Source: Synechococcus sp. (GTDB lineage Bacteria; Cyanobacteriota; Cyanobacteriia; PCC-6307; Cyanobiaceae). Taken from it: a DNA stretch of 64,000 nt. Each line of letters opens with the position of its first letter. Position 1 is the stretch's first letter. The DNA lies in assembly GCA_047285305.1 (NCBI GenBank), contig JBJBDL010000003.1:896001-960000 (forward strand). Reading direction: 5' to 3'. Of this stretch, positions 19,284 to 30,121 are shown in pieces. Below the pieces are notes generated by a model. The model saw only the letters and a program-made list of their open reading frames with translations, did not search any database and was not told the origin of the DNA. The translations under genes and the position numbers were made by a program.

Positions 19284-21199
19284 TTGTAGCTCCGGGTGCT
19301 GGGTTGCAGCGCGGTGAACTGCAGCGGTTCGCTGTGGCGGATCGGCTCACCGTTGGTGTTGTGCTCCCAGGCGGCGATGTGGGCGAAGTTCACGTCGTCC
19401 CGTCGGGCTTCGCCCTCGTCACTTTGGTGTTCTTCGCGGAAGTGGGCCCCGCACGACTCCTCCCGGGCCAGGGCATCCCGCAGCATCAGCTGGGCTAGCC
19501 CGAAGAAGTCTTTAACCCGCAGCGCTTTCTCCAGCTCGGCATTGGGGCCGCCGGCTTCGCCTGGCACCCGTACTTCGGCTTCGAACCGCTCCTCCAGCGC
19601 CTTCACCTGTTCCAGCCCCTCCCGCAGACCATCGGCATGGCGGCTGATGCCGCAGCGGTCGATCATCACGCTGCCCAGCTCGCGATGGAAGCTGTCCACC
19701 GGGGTGCTGCCTGCGCTTTTGATCAATTGACTGATGCGGCGGCGGGTGCTCTCCAAGGCCTCGCGGCAGGCTGGGTGATCGATGGGCACATCCTGCGCAG
19801 GGTTGCCCGCCAGCCAGGCCGTGACCGTGGACGGCGCAATGAAGTAGCCATCGGCGAGCCCTTGCATCAGGGCGCTGGCGCCCAGGCGGTTGGCGCCATG
19901 TTCAGAGTAGTTCGCTTCCCCCAGAACAAACAGGCCGGGGATGGAACTCATCAGGTGGTAGTCCACCCAGAGGCCGCCCATTGTGTAGTGCGGCGCGGGA
20001 TAAATCCGCATCGGCTTCTTGTAGGGGTCATCGCCGCTGATGCGCTCGTACATCGTCATCAAGTTGCCGTAGCGGGCGGAAATGGCGTCTCTGCCTTCAG
20101 CTCTGATGGCATCGGTGAGGTCGAGGTAAACCGAGCGTCCCCCTGGGCCGACGCCCCGCCCCGCGTTGCAGAGTTCTCTAGCCCGCCTGGAGGCGACGTC
20201 CCGCGGCGTCATGTTGCCGTAGGTGGGATAAAGCCTCTCGAGGAAGTAGTCGCGTTCCTCTTCCGGTATCGCATCGGGTTGGCTCGTCTCGCCGGGGTTC
20301 TTGGGCAGCCAGACCCGCCCGTCGTTGCGCAGGCTTTCGCTCATCAGCGTCAGCTTGCTCTGGAAGACATCACCACTGGGAATGCAGGTGGGATGGATCT
20401 GGGTGAAGCAGGGATTAGCGAACAGCGCCCCTCTGCGGTGGGCCCTCCAGATCGCGCTGGTGTTCGACTTCAGTGCGTTGGTGGAGAGGAAGTAGACGTT
20501 GCTGTAACCGCCGGTGCAGAGCAGAACGGTGCGGGCGGTGTGCACCTCCAGCTCACCACTCAGCAGATGGCGCGCCACCACGCCACGGGCCACACCATCC
20601 ACGGTGATCAGCTCGAGCACGTCCCGGCGGGTGAGCAGTTGAACGCGGCCCAGCTCCACCTGGCGCATCAAGGCCTGGTAGGCGCCATAAAGCAATTGCT
20701 GGCCGGTCTGCCCCCGGGCATAGAAGGTTCGGCTCACCAGGGCCCCGCCAAAACTGCGGGTGGCCAGGCTGCCGCCGTATTCGCGTGCGAACGGTACCCC
20801 CTGGGCCACGCATTGATCGATGATGCCGCTGCTGATTTCCGCCAGCCGCTGGCAGCCCGCTTCCCGGGCGCGGAAGTCGCCTCCTTTGAGGGTGTCGGCG
20901 AACAGGCGGCTGACGCTGTCGCCATCCACCGCCACAGAACGTGCGGCATTGATGCCCCCCTGGGCCGCCACCGAATGGGCGCGGCGCGGGCTGTCGTGAA
21001 AGCTGAGCACCGTGACCCGGTAGCCCTGTTGGGCCAGAGTCGCCGCGGCGGAAGCGCCCGCCAGGCCGGTGCCCACCACGAGCACGTCCATCTGCCCTTT
21101 GCGCAGAGGGCTGATCAGCGGCAGTCCTTCGCGGGTCCGTCGCCAGGCATCGGCGAGCGGACCGGCGGGAATCCTGGGATCAGGCAGGCCCTTTGTCAT
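19280..21199 (-). CDS. sdhA: Succinate dehydrogenase/fumarate reductase flavoprotein
   Basis: [44 protein letters not shown]. Confidence 0.94.
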   Translation of the reverse strand: MTKGLPDPRIPAGPLADAWRRTREGLPLISPLRKGQMDVLVVGTGLAGASAAATLAQQGYRVTVLSFHDSPRRAHSVAAQGGINAARSVAVDGDSVSRLFADTLKGGDFRAREAGCQRLAEISSGIIDQCVAQGVPFAREYGGSLATRSFGGALVSRTFYARGQTGQQLLYGAYQALMRQVELGRVQLLTRRDVLELITVDGVARGVVARHLLSGELEVHTARTVLLCTGGYSNVYFLSTNALKSNTSAIWRAHRRGALFANPCFTQIHPTCIPSGDVFQSKLTLMSESLRNDGRVWLPKNPGETSQPDAIPEEERDYFLERLYPTYGNMTPRDVASRRARELCNAGRGVGPGGRSVYLDLTDAIRAEGRDAISARYGNLMTMYERISGDDPYKKPMRIYPAPHYTMGGLWVDYHLMSSIPGLFVLGEANYSEHGANRLGASALMQGLADGYFIAPSTVTAWLAGNPAQDVPIDHPACREALESTRRRISQLIKSAGSTPVDSFHRELGSVMIDRCGISRHADGLREGLEQVKALEERFEAEVRVPGEAGGPNAELEKALRVKDFFGLAQLMLRDALAREESCGAHFREEHQSDEGEARRDDVNFAHIAAWEHNTNGEPIRHSEPLQFTALQPSTRSYK

Positions 21200-21822
21200 G
21201 CCAACCCTCCGAGGGCCAGTCCCAGGCTGATCAGCAGGAAGCCTCCTCCGATTCCCGACGCCAAGAGGCGACCTCCCCAGCGGATACTGGGGCCGTTGGC
21301 CGGGTTAAGCAGACCAAGGTTGCGGTGGGCTGCTTCCGCGCCGTGGAGCAGATGCAGGCCAATGGCCAGGCTGCCGGCGGCATAAACCACAAGGCTGATC
21401 GGCTGCTGCAGCAGGTGCTGCAGCAGCTCCCGCTCCAGCCCATCGCTCGGGCGTGGCCAGCGCAGTTGTTGCAGATGCAGGGCCAGAAATCCAAGGGTGA
21501 TCACACCGGCCGCCATCTTGCTGCGGCTGGCCAGAGCGTCCAGCGGACGACCGCGACGGCTACGCAGCGCCGCTGTGTTTCCAGCACCTCGATTCCGCAG
21601 CGTTTTGGCGATGGTGCAGCTCAGATGCACGGCTGCGGTGGCGGCCAGGCCGACCTCCAACACCGGCAGCCATGGCTGGTGATGCAGGGCCGTGGAGTAG
21701 TGCTCGAACTGCACCGGTGCGATCAGCGCGGGCAACAAACCGGCCAGATGAACCACCAGAAACAGCACCAGAAGCAACCCGCTGATGGCCGAGCCAACGC
21801 GCATCAAGGTTGGATCCTGCAT
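21196..21822 (-). CDS. sdhC: Succinate dehydrogenase cytochrome b558 subunit
   Basis: [27 protein letters not shown] heme-ligand His in about 5 TM segments; first gene of sdhCAB; start uncertain (21804/21822/21972). Confidence 0.85.
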   Translation of the reverse strand: MQDPTLMRVGSAISGLLLVLFLVVHLAGLLPALIAPVQFEHYSTALHHQPWLPVLEVGLAATAAVHLSCTIAKTLRNRGAGNTAALRSRRGRPLDALASRSKMAAGVITLGFLALHLQQLRWPRPSDGLERELLQHLLQQPISLVVYAAGSLAIGLHLLHGAEAAHRNLGLLNPANGPSIRWGGRLLASGIGGGFLLISLGLALGGLA

Positions 21823-22000
21823 GAACCCCAGGCCACAGGATTTCGGCTGGGACGATACCTGCGATCGACGCGTTGTTTCGACATCAGGGTCGTCATTGAT
21901 TCCCATTCCAATCGTATTCAGATCGTGGAAAAGGCTGGTTCCGTGCTGGTCGCCGTCGTTCAACCTTGTCATCGTGGGGAGGTTGTGAACGCTGGCTGGC

Positions 22001-22762
22001 GTGAGGCTGAGGTCCCGTCGTTGGACATGGCGGCTTGTCTGGGTTGCTCTGGCCTGCGCGCTCGGCCTGTCGATGGCGCAGTTGGGATGGAGCGCCAAGG
22101 CCGATGTCGACCCGAGGCCCATTCCGTTGACGGGTGGAATCCTCGGGCTGCGGGCGGGATGGACCAATCAGGCATCCCTGGCCGAACTGCAAACGATCCG
22201 CAGCCCTCAGGACCTCCAACGCATCGTTTTGGTGCAAGGACTTGGCTGGAGCGATGTTGAAATTTTCGATCGTGCTGGGTTGCGCACCTACACCGCCCGG
22301 TCGGAAAAATTGCTGCGCTTGGTGAATGACAACCGGGTGCAGTTGTTTCCCCGCGGTGTGGCGGAACTTGAAGCGGAGGCTTCCGTGGTGAGGTCGTTGT
22401 ACCCGCAGATGCTGCTGGATCCCCATCTGTTGATTGTTTATCCCTTTGCGGGTTTCTTCTATGTGGCTCCAGAGAACACGGAGCTGGCAGCCGCTATTCA
22501 GACCGGTTTTGAACGGGTGATCGCCGATGGCTCGTAACAGCGCCTTGTTGAAGAAGCGATCATGACGCCCTGGTTAAGGCGCCAGCTCAAACTGCGGTCG
22601 CGAAGGATTCTGGTGCTTCAGAATCCTGAGGCGGCTGACGTGTTGGCTGATGTGAATCCAGATCACTGGATTGTTCCCTGGAATGATCTTCTCAGTGGAA
22701 GGATCACCAGCGGGAATTATCTCTGCTCGTCTTCGGGATTGAAGCGGTTATGTGTTAATTAA
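22001..22762 (+). pseudogene. Disrupted periplasmic solute-binding-like protein
   Basis: Signal peptide, PIPL.GG.LG.R, QG.GW.D, FPRG..E, YP...FFYV..N.ELA..I..G.....DGS, then in-frame TAA at 22535-22537; the same frame continues QRLVEE..RRIL.LQNP to 22762. Confidence 0.7.
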
Positions 22763-22805
22763 ACGCGCATTGAATCTGGCTGATTCAACGCACCACTGCT
22801 TAAAA

Positions 22806-22880
<75 letters not shown>

Positions 22881-22921
22881 CATGGGCAATTTAACATTTG
22901 CTCTGAATCCAACTTGGACGT

Positions 22922-23194
22922 TTGCCCGATAATCCCCGCCCCAAATCTGGCCTGGATCCCGCCCTGCGGGAACGGTTGCTCAAGGAATCACAGACCCCCT
23001 GGCGTGGGCTCAGACGGCTCGTCTGGTTCGCTCTCTTTGCCTCTGCTGGACTCGGCCTGTTCACGATGGCTTTCCGTGCTTCCGCCGGCGACACCGTCGA
23101 TCTGGCTGACTTCGGCATCCAGGGGGGTGCTCTCCTGCTCTTCTCCGGACTGCTCTGGTTCGACCGCAACAGAGGCAGCAGCAGCGACACTTGA
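22922..23194 (+). CDS. DUF3493 family membrane protein
   Basis: RL..E...PWRGLRR..W.ALFASA..GL, two TM segments. Confidence 0.78.
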   Translation: MPDNPRPKSGLDPALRERLLKESQTPWRGLRRLVWFALFASAGLGLFTMAFRASAGDTVDLADFGIQGGALLLFSGLLWFDRNRGSSSDT

Positions 23195-24340
23195 TTCGTC
23201 GGCGTCAACCGAACTGATGTCTTCAGAGTTGTCGTCTTCAGCGTCGTCGTCTTCCGACATGTTGTCTTGAGCCTCTGCATCGACGGGTTCCAGCGCTTCG
23301 GGCTCGACGTCATCGGACTCTTCAGCCGTCGCGGCGTTTATGGCTGAACTTTCGTCGTCTGGCTCTTGGTTGTCTGGTGCTTCGTCGTCTGGCTCTTCGT
23401 TGTCAGGGCTGATGACGGAGGCGCTGATGTCTTCCGTGCTGTCGCTCTGTTCCGGCGTGGTGTCTTCCATGTCTTCCACGTCCATGGCCTCATCGGCGTC
23501 CTGATCGCTTGTTGGAGCAGCCTCTTCAGCGTCATCAGACGACTCGTCGTCAGCTTGAGCCTCGGCAACGACGGGCTCAGGAGCGGTTTCGGGATCAGCT
23601 TCGTCAGACACTGCAGCCGTCAACGGATTGTCGGCTGAAATCTCCTCGTCGGGTGACTCGTTCTCAGTGCTGTTGTCCGTCTCCGACGCGGTGTCGTCCA
23701 CCCCGATGGCCTTGTCGGGCTTTTGCTGGATCGGCTCCACTGCAGGCTCCGGCCACTCCAGGCGAGGGAGGTTGAGCAACTGCAGGCCAAGGCTGGTGCG
23801 CTGCGTTGCCACAGCATCAGCACGAAAAGCTGAATCGGCAGGGGCAACGGTTGCTGGTGATCCAAGCAACAGCGCTGCGGCTTGAATCAGCTGCTGCACC
23901 TGCCAGACCATCAAGGCCAGCAATGGGCTGACCAGCAACAGGGTGACCAGACGGGATTGTCCCGACACCGGGGAAAATTCACTCGCCAGCACCGCTGAAT
24001 CGTCCATCCACCAGAGCACGGGCAGCAGGACCATTGCGGCGATCACCACAGCGGCGCGGCTGCTCAAGCCGGCTTGGGATGCACTGATGCGGAGTTGATC
24101 GCTGTTGCGGCTGGCCAGCGGCTGACGCACGAACAGCAGAGATCCCCAATCGGCGGGCCGTCGCCACAACGCGACAGCTGGGGCCAGGACCCCCACCCCC
24201 CAGATCAGAAATCGCTCCACACCGGGAACAGGACCCGGATCCGCGCCGGCCAGAACCAGGCGGATCAGCAGCAGCTCTAGGGGAATGGCCCCAAGGGCCA
24301 GGCACTGAAGCCAGAGCAGGGGCTCGCTGCGGGGCTGCAC
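22988..24340 (-). CDS. Cyanobacterial low-complexity-tail membrane protein
   Basis: RSEP.LWLQ....A.PLE N-terminus, four TM segments, then a very long D/E-rich tail. Confidence 0.8.
   Translation of the reverse strand: MQPRSEPLLWLQCLALGAIPLELLLIRLVLAGADPGPVPGVERFLIWGVGVLAPAVALWRRPADWGSLLFVRQPLASRNSDQLRISASQAGLSSRAAVVIAAMVLLPVLWWMDDSAVLASEFSPVSGQSRLVTLLLVSPLLALMVWQVQQLIQAAALLLGSPATVAPADSAFRADAVATQRTSLGLQLLNLPRLEWPEPAVEPIQQKPDKAIGVDDTASETDNSTENESPDEEISADNPLTAAVSDEADPETAPEPVVAEAQADDESSDDAEEAAPTSDQDADEAMDVEDMEDTTPEQSDSTEDISASVISPDNEEPDDEAPDNQEPDDESSAINAATAEESDDVEPEALEPVDAEAQDNMSEDDDAEDDNSEDISSVDADESSVAAAASVAVEPEQSGEEQESTPLDAEVSQIDGVAGGSTESHREQAESSRGKESEPDEPSEPTPGGL
23351..23407. repeat. 30-bp imperfect tandem duplication within the acidic tail
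   Basis: ttcgtcgtctggctcttggttgtctgg / ttcgtcgtctggctcttcgttgtcagg (DNEEPDDE/DNQEPDDE). Confidence 0.8.
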
Positions 24341-24354
24341 GATCGCTTGCGGGG

Positions 24355-27300
24355 TCAGGTGGTGAGTTTGCGGCGTTGGGTGACCATCTTGAAGGCTTCA
24401 ATGCGATCGCCTTCTTCCCAGTTGGCGAACCGATCGGTGCCGACACCGCATTCGAAGCCCGTGGCCACTTCCTTGACGTCGTCCTTGTTGCGACGCAGGG
24501 AGTCGAGGTCGCCCTCGTAGACCACCTGTTTTCCGCGGTGCACCCGCACCCGGCAATTGCGATGCAGCTTGCCGGTGGTGACATAACAGCCGGCCACGGC
24601 GCTCTTGCCGATGGTGAAGACGGCGCGCACCTCGGCTTCGCCCAGGGCTTCTTCCACCAGTTCCGGCTCCAGCAGACCTTCCATCGCCAACTGGATGTCT
24701 TCCAGCAGCTTGTAGATCACGTCGTAGTCGCGCACATCCACCCCAGTGGCATCCGCCGCTTTCTTGGCGCCGGAGGCCATGGAGGTGTTGAAGCCCACGA
24801 TCACCGCGCCGGAGGCGGCTGCCAGGTCGACGTCGGTTTCGGTGATCTCGCCAGGTGCCGACAGCAGCACCCGCACCTGCACCTCATCCTTGGGCAGCTG
24901 CTCGAGCGATCCGAGGATGGCTTCCACAGAGCCTTGAACGTCGGCTTTGAGAATCAGGTTGAGTTCCTTGAGCTCACCGTCATTGGCCTGGCCGGACATG
25001 GCCGTGAGCGAGACGCGTCGTGACGCCATCTGCTGAGCAAGACGGGTGGCACGGGCATCGGAGGCGCGATCGCCTACAACGGATCGGGCTGATTTCTCGT
25101 CGGGGTACACCTCGAACTCATCACCGGCGGTGGGCACTTCGCTAAAGCCCAGGGCCTCCACAGCAAAGGAGGGGCCCGCTTCCTTGAGGCGTTGGCGGTT
25201 GTCATCCACCATGGCGCGCACCTTGCCCAGCACCGGACCAGCGGCGACGACGTCGCCAGTCTTGAGGGTGCCGTTCTGCACCAGCAGGGTGGCTACGGGG
25301 CCTTTGGCCTTGTCGAGGTGGGCCTCGATCACGGTGCCGCGGGCCAGACGATCCGGGTTGGCCTGCAGGTCTTCCACTTCGGTGACCAGCAGCAGCATCT
25401 CCAGCAGCTTGTCGATGTTTTCGCCCTTGATGGCGCTCACCGGCACCATCACCACATCGCCGCCCCAGTCTTCCGCTAGCAGGTTTTGCTCAGACAGCTC
25501 CTGCTTTACCCGTTCGGGTGATGAACCTTCTTTGTCGATCTTGTTGATCGCCACCACGATCGGCACTTCAGCGGCCCGGGCGTGGCTGATGGCTTCCAGG
25601 GTCTGGGGGCGGACGCCGTCATCAGCGGCCACCACCAGCACAGCCACGTCTGTCACCTTGGTGCCACGGGCTCGCATGGCCGTGAAGGCTTCGTGGCCCG
25701 GAGTGTCCAGGAAGGTGAGCTTGCGCTGCTCGTTGTTGTGCTCGATCTCAACCTGATAGGCACCGATGTGCTGGGTGATGCCGCCGGCCTCACCCGCAGC
25801 GACGCGCGCCTGACGAATGGCATCCAGAAGGCTGGTTTTGCCGTGGTCGACGTGGCCCATGACGGTGACCACGGGCGGACGTCGGATCAGGTGAGCCTTG
25901 TCGGCCTCTTCGATCATTTCGACGGTCTTCTTGGCCGCCTCCTCCACGTCATCCTGCAGCACCGGCACACCGAATTCGTCGGCAACGGCCTCGATCGTGG
26001 GCATGTCCAGGGTCTGGGTGACCGTGGCGATGATCCCTTTGAAGAACAGGGATTTGATGATCTCTGAGCTTTCGACGCTCAGCATGTCCGCCAGTTCCTG
26101 CACCGTGAGGTTGTCCTCCGGCACCACGATCATTTCGGGACGCACCTGCTTTGCTTCCCGGGCTGCCCGCAGCTCCATGGCACGCCGGCGCTGACGCTGA
26201 CGGGCGGTTTCCTTCTTGCGCTTGCGCATCGCCGCCACTGGCTTGGGTGCGGTGCGCTGCTGCGACTTGGGCTTGGCGGGACGAGCCAGGCTCGCCGATA
26301 GAACCATGTTCTCCTGTTCGCCGGCGAAGCCGCCGGTCTGTGCCGCCAGGGAATCATCGTTTTCACCGATGATGTGCACCTTCTGGCGCTGCTTCTGCGG
26401 CGAGCGGCTGCGCAGAGCATCGAGCCGTGCGCTGTCATCCCAGTCCGGACGGCCAGGCCGCCGTTGGCCACCAGGGCCACCCGGACGGAAGCTGGGACGG
26501 CGGGGCGCTGAAGGGGAATTCGGACGCGCTACGGGCGGGGTGGCCGTTCCTGCACCTGCACCGGCTTTAGTGGGTGCATCCGGACGGCGGGGTGCCGGTG
26601 CTGCTTGCCTGCCGACAGGCTTCTGCAGTTGCATGAGTTCACCGGGAGCCACCGGTTTGCGCATTCCAGCAGGCATGCCGGGACGTCCAGGAGCTCCCGG
26701 CCGGGTGGGCGCACCAGGACGACCGCTACCTGTGCTGCTGCCATCGCGACGAATCGGCTTGCCGACCAGTTCCAGGGTGTTGCCGCTGCGGGGGGGCATC
26801 CCGGGGCGACCCTGTCGGGTGGGGGCTCCTGGACGGCTTGGACCTCCCTGGCGTTGAGGCACGCCGGTGCCTGCCGGACGGCGGGGCACGGGTTTGCCCA
26901 CCAGTTCAGGCCTCGGAGTGGGCCTTGAGGGTGCACTGGGCTTTGTGGGAGCGCCGGCACGGGTTGGCACACCGGGCCGAGATGGAGCGCCTGCGCGGAT
27001 GATCTGTGGCTTGGGCTGTCCCTGGCCAGGGGTGGGTCGTGCAGGACTTCCAGCCCCTGCAGGTCGCGGCGCCGGGCGAGCTGGTGTGGGTCGCGGCGTG
27101 GGTGCCGTGGGTTTGGCAGCAGCCTTGGGCTTGCTCACCAGTTCCGGTTTGCCTGCAGACGGCTTGCTGACAACCTGCGGTTTGGCCGCGGCAGGTCGTG
27201 GAACGGGTTTTGCCGCCGTTGGCCGCGCCGGGGCTGAGGGGGGTTTCTGAGGAGCGGCGGGCCGCGCCGGTGCTGCTGACGCTTTCACCGGTGCAGCCAC

Positions 27301-27693
27301 TGGCTTGCTGATCACCGGTTTGGGCGTGGCCGCTGCGGGAGGCTTCGGGGCCGACTGCGGTTTGGCAGCCGCCACGGGTTTGGCGACCACAGGCTTGGCG
27401 ACCGGTTTGCTCACCGCTGGGGCGGGCTTGCTCGGCGCGGCCGGGGCCGCTTTCTTCACCGAGAGGATGGCCTTGCCAGGTGCGGGCTTGGCAGGGGCCG
27501 CGGCAGCGGGTTTCGCGCCATTCCCGCCTTTGCCAAGTAGCGAACGAATTTTTCCGGCTTCAGTGTCACTGATCGAGCTGCTGTGGCTCTTCGCAGCGAT
27601 TGACAGCTTTTCAGCCGCATCCAGCACGTCCTTGTTCTCAAGGCCGAGATCCTTGGACAGCTCGTAAATTCTGACTTTGCCGCTGCTGGTCAT
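24355..27693 (-). CDS. infB: Translation initiation factor IF-2
   Basis: [10 protein letters not shown]-domain, [29 protein letters not shown]. Confidence 0.98.
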   Translation of the reverse strand: MTSSGKVRIYELSKDLGLENKDVLDAAEKLSIAAKSHSSSISDTEAGKIRSLLGKGGNGAKPAAAAPAKPAPGKAILSVKKAAPAAPSKPAPAVSKPVAKPVVAKPVAAAKPQSAPKPPAAATPKPVISKPVAAPVKASAAPARPAAPQKPPSAPARPTAAKPVPRPAAAKPQVVSKPSAGKPELVSKPKAAAKPTAPTPRPTPARPAPRPAGAGSPARPTPGQGQPKPQIIRAGAPSRPGVPTRAGAPTKPSAPSRPTPRPELVGKPVPRRPAGTGVPQRQGGPSRPGAPTRQGRPGMPPRSGNTLELVGKPIRRDGSSTGSGRPGAPTRPGAPGRPGMPAGMRKPVAPGELMQLQKPVGRQAAPAPRRPDAPTKAGAGAGTATPPVARPNSPSAPRRPSFRPGGPGGQRRPGRPDWDDSARLDALRSRSPQKQRQKVHIIGENDDSLAAQTGGFAGEQENMVLSASLARPAKPKSQQRTAPKPVAAMRKRKKETARQRQRRRAMELRAAREAKQVRPEMIVVPEDNLTVQELADMLSVESSEIIKSLFFKGIIATVTQTLDMPTIEAVADEFGVPVLQDDVEEAAKKTVEMIEEADKAHLIRRPPVVTVMGHVDHGKTSLLDAIRQARVAAGEAGGITQHIGAYQVEIEHNNEQRKLTFLDTPGHEAFTAMRARGTKVTDVAVLVVAADDGVRPQTLEAISHARAAEVPIVVAINKIDKEGSSPERVKQELSEQNLLAEDWGGDVVMVPVSAIKGENIDKLLEMLLLVTEVEDLQANPDRLARGTVIEAHLDKAKGPVATLLVQNGTLKTGDVVAAGPVLGKVRAMVDDNRQRLKEAGPSFAVEALGFSEVPTAGDEFEVYPDEKSARSVVGDRASDARATRLAQQMASRRVSLTAMSGQANDGELKELNLILKADVQGSVEAILGSLEQLPKDEVQVRVLLSAPGEITETDVDLAAASGAVIVGFNTSMASGAKKAADATGVDVRDYDVIYKLLEDIQLAMEGLLEPELVEEALGEAEVRAVFTIGKSAVAGCYVTTGKLHRNCRVRVHRGKQVVYEGDLDSLRRNKDDVKEVATGFECGVGTDRFANWEEGDRIEAFKMVTQRRKLTT

Positions 27694-27762
27694 TCAGTTC
27701 GGGTCTCCGATCGGTCCGGGCATGGATTGCCGCGGTGGCCACGCACAAGGTGGGGCCAATGT

Positions 27763-28041
27763 TCAGTCTGCCTCAGCGGATTCACCAACGCTTTGGTTAA
27801 GCCGCTGTTTCAACACCGCAAGCACTGTTTCGGGCACCTGACAACGCAGGGCTTTCTGCAAACGCTTGCGACGGGTCGCCTCCTCAAGGCAGTTCTCCTC
27901 GCGGCAGAGATAGGCCGAACGGCCCATCCCCTCATCGAGGAGAACTCCGTCCTGATGGTCGCGGATCACCCTCCAGAGTTGGCAGCGATCCAAGAGCTGG
28001 CGGCAGGCCACGCAGCGACGCAGGACGGGGCGGTCACTCAC
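27763..28041 (-). CDS. ylxR: YlxR/DUF448 RNA-binding protein
   Basis: RRCVACR, GRSAYLC; located between nusA and infB. Confidence 0.9.
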   Translation of the reverse strand: MSDRPVLRRCVACRQLLDRCQLWRVIRDHQDGVLLDEGMGRSAYLCREENCLEEATRRKRLQKALRCQVPETVLAVLKQRLNQSVGESAEAD

Positions 28042-29489
28042 CGGACCTGCTCCTGATCTGGATCGTCATCGGCCTCAACCGCTGCGTCCGTGGTTTCAGC
28101 TTCGGCCTCGAACTCGGTTTCGCTGCCGGCTTCTACCTCAGCGGGCTCCTCCTCAGAGAACTCCTGCTCGGCCTGCTCCTCGCCGTAGTCCTCCTCATCT
28201 TCGGGCAGCGGATACAGCTCTCGCAGGCGTGCATCCTCTTCCGCCCGAGCGGCCTGTTCCGCGGCCAGTCGTTCTTCGGCTTGCTGCTGGAGGGCTTCCT
28301 CCTCCTCCCTTTGAGAGATCAGCTCCGCCACCACAGCATCCTCTGACTCTTGGTCGTATTCGGTGGAGTTCTTGATGTCGATCTTCCAGCCGGTGAGTCG
28401 GGCGGCCAAACGCACGTTCTGGCCTTCGCGGCCGATGGCCAGGCTCAGCTGATCGGGGGGCACCAGCACATGGGCGTGCTGGCCCACGGGATCCACCAGT
28501 CGCACCATTTCCACCCGAGCGGGGCTGAGGGAATTGGCGATGTACTGGCCCGGATCTTGCGACCAGCGGATCACGTCGATTTTTTCTCCACGCAGTTCGT
28601 TCACCACCTGCTGAATGCGGGAGCCGCGGGCGCCGATGCAGGCGCCGACGGGGTCCACCTCTCGTTCGATGCTGTCGACGGCCACCTTGGTGCGGGGGCC
28701 CACGGAACGGGAGGGGGGATTGGCTTCACGGGCAACGGCCACGATCCGAACCGATCCTTCCTGAATTTCGGGAACTTCGTTCTCGAACAGGTAGACCACC
28801 AAACCGGCATTGGAGCGGCTGACGAACAGCTGCGGTCCCCGGCGGGGCACTTCGCTCACCTCTTTAAGGAAGACCTTGAAGGTGGCGTTGGCGCGGTAGT
28901 TGTCGTTGGGCAGTTGATCGCGCCTGGGGAGTTCAGCCTCCACTTCCGGACGGCCCAGGCCTGAGCTGACCGCCATGATCACTGACTGGCGCTCGAAGCG
29001 GATCACCCGGGCCGTCAGCACCGGGTCCTCCAAATCAGCGAATTCCTCCTGGATCATGCGGCGCTGCTGATCCCGCAGCTTCTGGGCCAGCACCTGCTTT
29101 GTGGTGGCGGCGGCCATCCGGCCGAAATCCTCTTTCTCTGGGGTGACGTCCAGCACCACCGTGTCGCCCACCTGGGCGTCATCGGCTACCTGCATCACCT
29201 CGGCGATTGCGATCTGGTGGTCTTCGCTCTCCACCTCATCAACGATGATTTTGCTGGCTAGAACCCGGTAGCCCTCCTCCTCAAGGTCGAGGCCAACGTC
29301 AAAGTTGCTGAAGTACTCCTCATCAAAGGGGTCTTCGCTGATGCCTATGTACAGCGTGCGCCTGTAGCGCTCGTAACCCTTCAGCAGGGCCTCCCGTAGG
29401 GCCGCTTCCACCACCTGGGGCGGCAGCTTCTTCTCTTCGCTGATGTCGTCGATGAGGTTGCTGAGACCGGGAAGCAGGACGAGAGCCAT
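28038..29489 (-). CDS. nusA: Transcription termination factor NusA
   Basis: FGRMAA, S1 and KH domains, DPVGACIG.RGSRI, AIGREGQNVRLA. Confidence 0.97.
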   Translation of the reverse strand: MALVLLPGLSNLIDDISEEKKLPPQVVEAALREALLKGYERYRRTLYIGISEDPFDEEYFSNFDVGLDLEEEGYRVLASKIIVDEVESEDHQIAIAEVMQVADDAQVGDTVVLDVTPEKEDFGRMAAATTKQVLAQKLRDQQRRMIQEEFADLEDPVLTARVIRFERQSVIMAVSSGLGRPEVEAELPRRDQLPNDNYRANATFKVFLKEVSEVPRRGPQLFVSRSNAGLVVYLFENEVPEIQEGSVRIVAVAREANPPSRSVGPRTKVAVDSIEREVDPVGACIGARGSRIQQVVNELRGEKIDVIRWSQDPGQYIANSLSPARVEMVRLVDPVGQHAHVLVPPDQLSLAIGREGQNVRLAARLTGWKIDIKNSTEYDQESEDAVVAELISQREEEEALQQQAEERLAAEQAARAEEDARLRELYPLPEDEEDYGEEQAEQEFSEEEPAEVEAGSETEFEAEAETTDAAVEADDDPDQEQVR

Positions 29490-29543
29490 CGCGTTGGGTT
29501 AGGGGAAAAGAAAGGAGCGGTTGCAGGGGTGTGAACGCTGGGT

Positions 29544-30011
29544 TCAGCTGCCTGGACTCGTGAGGCGGACACCGATCACGCAATCCCGGGGAATCCGTTT
29601 GATTCGCCCGCGAATGTTGATCTGCAGCGTGTCGGCGTCGCGTTCGAGCAAGAGGCCCTCAAGGCGTTGCTCGCTGTCGTGCTTGTCGCGGTGATGCACC
29701 TCCACAGGGAACCCACGGAAGGTTTCAAAGTCGCGATCGCTGGACAGCTGGTCGCCGATGCCGGGACTGCTGATCTCCAGAACATACGCGTCGGTGAGCA
29801 GGGTGGAGGCCTCAAGGGCATCCCCCAGCGCGCCACTGAAACCGGCGCAGTCATCAAGGCTCACATCCGCTCCACTGCTGTGGCGGATCTGCACTTCCAG
29901 GGTCATCGGGCTCATGTGGGTGAGCAGCTGAATGTTGCAAAGGGCTAAGCCTTTGCTGGCGGCCACGTCAGTGGCCAGCGTTTCAAGATCCGGAAGCAGA
30001 GGATGAGGCAA
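29544..30011 (-). CDS. rimP: Ribosome maturation factor RimP
   Basis: VSLDDC..FS, Y.LEISSPG; first gene of the nusA operon; TTG start. Confidence 0.93.
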   Translation of the reverse strand: MPHPLLPDLETLATDVAASKGLALCNIQLLTHMSPMTLEVQIRHSSGADVSLDDCAGFSGALGDALEASTLLTDAYVLEISSPGIGDQLSSDRDFETFRGFPVEVHHRDKHDSEQRLEGLLLERDADTLQINIRGRIKRIPRDCVIGVRLTSPGS

Positions 30012-30015
30012 CGCG

Positions 30016-30102
30016 AACTGAGGGCGGACGTCGGCCCGACGTGCATTTCAGTTGTGACCGATCTCCCACAGGGAGATGCCCGTCGGACACGCACTCAATG
30101 TA
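30016..30102 (-). promoter_or_regulatory. rimP promoter and structured leader
   Basis: -10-like TACATT (30102-30097); hairpins ATCTCCC/GGGAGAT and ACGTCG/CGACGT, the latter enclosed by AACTGA/TCAGTT. Confidence 0.5.
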
Positions 30103-30121
30103 CGGGACCGTCAGCCCGCCG

